Source: Yuukianura sp. NJ FZ-2021
Taxonomy: Eukaryota
Reading direction: 5' to 3'
NCBI GenBank assembly: GCA_046563655.1
Contig: CM102290.1
Span: 5,270,001-5,334,000, forward strand
DNA: 64,000 nucleotides
Shown: positions 61,864-64,000 of the stretch, piece by piece
Numbering within the stretch: position 1 is the first letter of the stretch
Layout: every line of letters starts with the position of its first letter
The notes under the pieces: generated by a model
The model's input: the letters and a program-made list of their open reading frames with translations, nothing else
What the model was told of the DNA's origin: nothing
Database searches by the model: none
Position numbers and translations under genes: made by a program

Positions 61864-64000
61864 ATGTCGGGAACACGGAGGAACAATCAGTTGCCAAACA
61901 ACTTACCTCAGCTTCAGAATTTAATCAAAAGGGATCCAGAGAGTTACCATGAAGAGTTCTCTCAGCAGTACACCCATTACCAGGCACAGCTCCAGATATT
62001 CCTCCTTCGTCCCAGTGAATACAGCAAGGACCTCGCAGAGTTGCTCATCTTCATTGCCCAAGTGGCTCAGTGCTACCCCAAGGATCTAGCAACTTATCCA
62101 GCAGAACTCATGCAAATCCTGGAGAAGTTTAGCATGGTTCTGGACACGGAGATTCGCATGGTATGTTCTTTCGGTATTCTTCCTTCCTGATAAACAAACT
62201 GATAAACTGATATTTCCTTTCAGACGATGTGTCGTTCTTTGGTGCTGATGAGAAACAAGAATTTGCTGGATCCCACCACACTCATTTCCCTTTTCTTCAA
62301 ACTCCTCCACTGCCAGGACAAAAATCTGAGAAAATTCCTGGAGACACATATACTTACGGATATCAAAAACGTCAATTCAAAACACAAGAACGTCAGGCTG
62401 AACACAGTAAGGATTAAGTTCTGCTTCTGCTCAAACAATCAATTTTTTTATAGGATTTTCACACTTGTGTGAAAAAACGTTTGTCAACGTTTTTTGTTGT
62501 CTTAGGTTCTTCAGAACTTTATGTTTCAAATGATTCGAGACAGTAACGTCAAAGCCATGAAAATGTCACTCAACATTATGATTGAACTGTACCGGAAAAA
62601 CGTTTGGAACGATCCTAAGACCGTCAACGTCATAGCAACCGCCTGTTTTTCAAAAGTTACCAAAGTCATGGTCGCTGCTCTCCAGTTCTTCCTCAATGTC
62701 CAATCAGATGGAGACAAGTCGGACAGTGACAGTGACGACGATGGTCCCAATGCCAAAGAAGTCATTATGGCCAATCGTGTCAACAAGAAAACGCGAAAGC
62801 GGGAGAAGAATTTAAGCAAAGTCAAGTCAGTTATCAAGAAGAAGAAAAACAAAGACAAGGCTCCCAACTTTAACTTTTCTGCCTTACATCTGATCCATGA
62901 TCCACAGGGGATGGCGGAGAAGTTGTTCAAGCAAATGGAGTCGATGAATGAACGTTTTGAAGTGAAGATTATGATGTTGGATCTCATTTCTCGTCTTATC
63001 GGAACACATCAGCTGATTCTACTGAACTACTATCCTTATATCAAGAAGTTTCTGCAGCCACACCAGAGAGAAGTAACAAAAATTCTGCAATTTGTGGCCC
63101 AGTCGGCTCATGACCTTGTTCCCCCTGACGTCCTTGATGGTGTTCTGGATGCCATTGTGAACAACTTTGTGACTGAGAGGAACTCTGGAGAAGTGATGGC
63201 TGTTGGTTTGAATGCTATTCGTGCCCTCTGTGCTCGATGTCCACTCGTTATGAACCGAGACTTGCTACACGATCTAACGCAGTACAAATCCTACAAGGAC
63301 AAAAGTGTCATGATGGCCGCCCGAGGTCTCATTCATCTCTTCCGAGACGTGAATCCTCAACTGCTCCAGAAGAAAGACAAGGTATGTCACATGCCAAGAT
63401 CCATTTTTAACTTTTTCAATTCAAGTTGGCCTAATTCACTTTATTTTTCAGGGCAAACCGACGTTAGCTACACTGGAGAAAGAACCGAAGCAGTACGGAG
63501 AGTTGGATGCTAAAAATTATGTTCCTGGAGCAGAAGTTTTACTTCGTGAAAATAATGATGACGTAAGGACAATGGCCTTGGCACGTGAAATGCTCCATAA
63601 ACCTACTAATCATTGTCTCATTTGTGTCAATTCTCAACGTTTTGTTTTCGTTTTGTAGGAAGATAAGTCTGACTCTGCAGTAGAAGATGATGATGACGAC
63701 GACAGTGGAAGTGAAGACGGGGAGGACTGGGTCAACGTTTCTCATTCGTCGGAGGAAGAGGAGGAGGAAGAAGAATCCAAGGGTGGCGTGACCCTTGACC
63801 CGGCCGTGCGGAAAAGTCTAGCTGCCATGGTAACTGAATCGAGGATTTTGACCGATGAGGACTTTAAAAAGATTGAGACACTGCAACTTCAGAAGGAAGT
63901 TTTATCAGCCAGGAAAGGAAGTGCAAAGAAGCGGAAGGCCACGGATACGCCCTACACCTCCTCTGCAATGTCAGTTGTGTACTTACTTACTAAAACCTTA
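61864..64000 (+). CDS. SDAD1: Protein SDA1 homolog (60S biogenesis), 3' end beyond the window
   Basis: [103 protein letters not shown]. Confidence 0.97.

Overview
AT-rich, intron-rich eukaryotic DNA from an arthropod, most likely a hexapod (the myosuppressin peptide is the insect-type [15 protein letters not shown]; a collembolan is only a guess). Gene models were read by eye from splice sites and peptide similarity. From left to right: 5' part of a leucokinin-receptor-type GPCR (-); an orphan 136-aa single-pass membrane gene (-) of which the ORF track shows only the last exon; an Ago3-type PIWI Argonaute (-); a TspanC8 tetraspanin (-); CHMP3/Vps24 (+); an 87-aa orphan (-); an ARM/BTB protein (+); an intronless CaaX orphan (+); a secreted chitin-binding Ser/Glu/Lys-repeat protein (+); ACSS3 (-); myosuppressin (+); C2CD5 (-) with a nested antisense scramblase-like gene; APC15 (-); and SDA1 (+, truncated at the window end). 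Introns and intergenic DNA are full of MITEs. The most notable signal is a ~250-bp non-autonomous DNA transposon (five copies) that carries its own splice donor and acceptor. One copy sits inside a coding exon and would splice out in frame, as an Introner-like element does. Also notable are a candidate silk/adhesive protein with an 11-residue small-residue repeat, and APC15 ending only ~190 bp before the C2CD5 start codon. No database searches were run.
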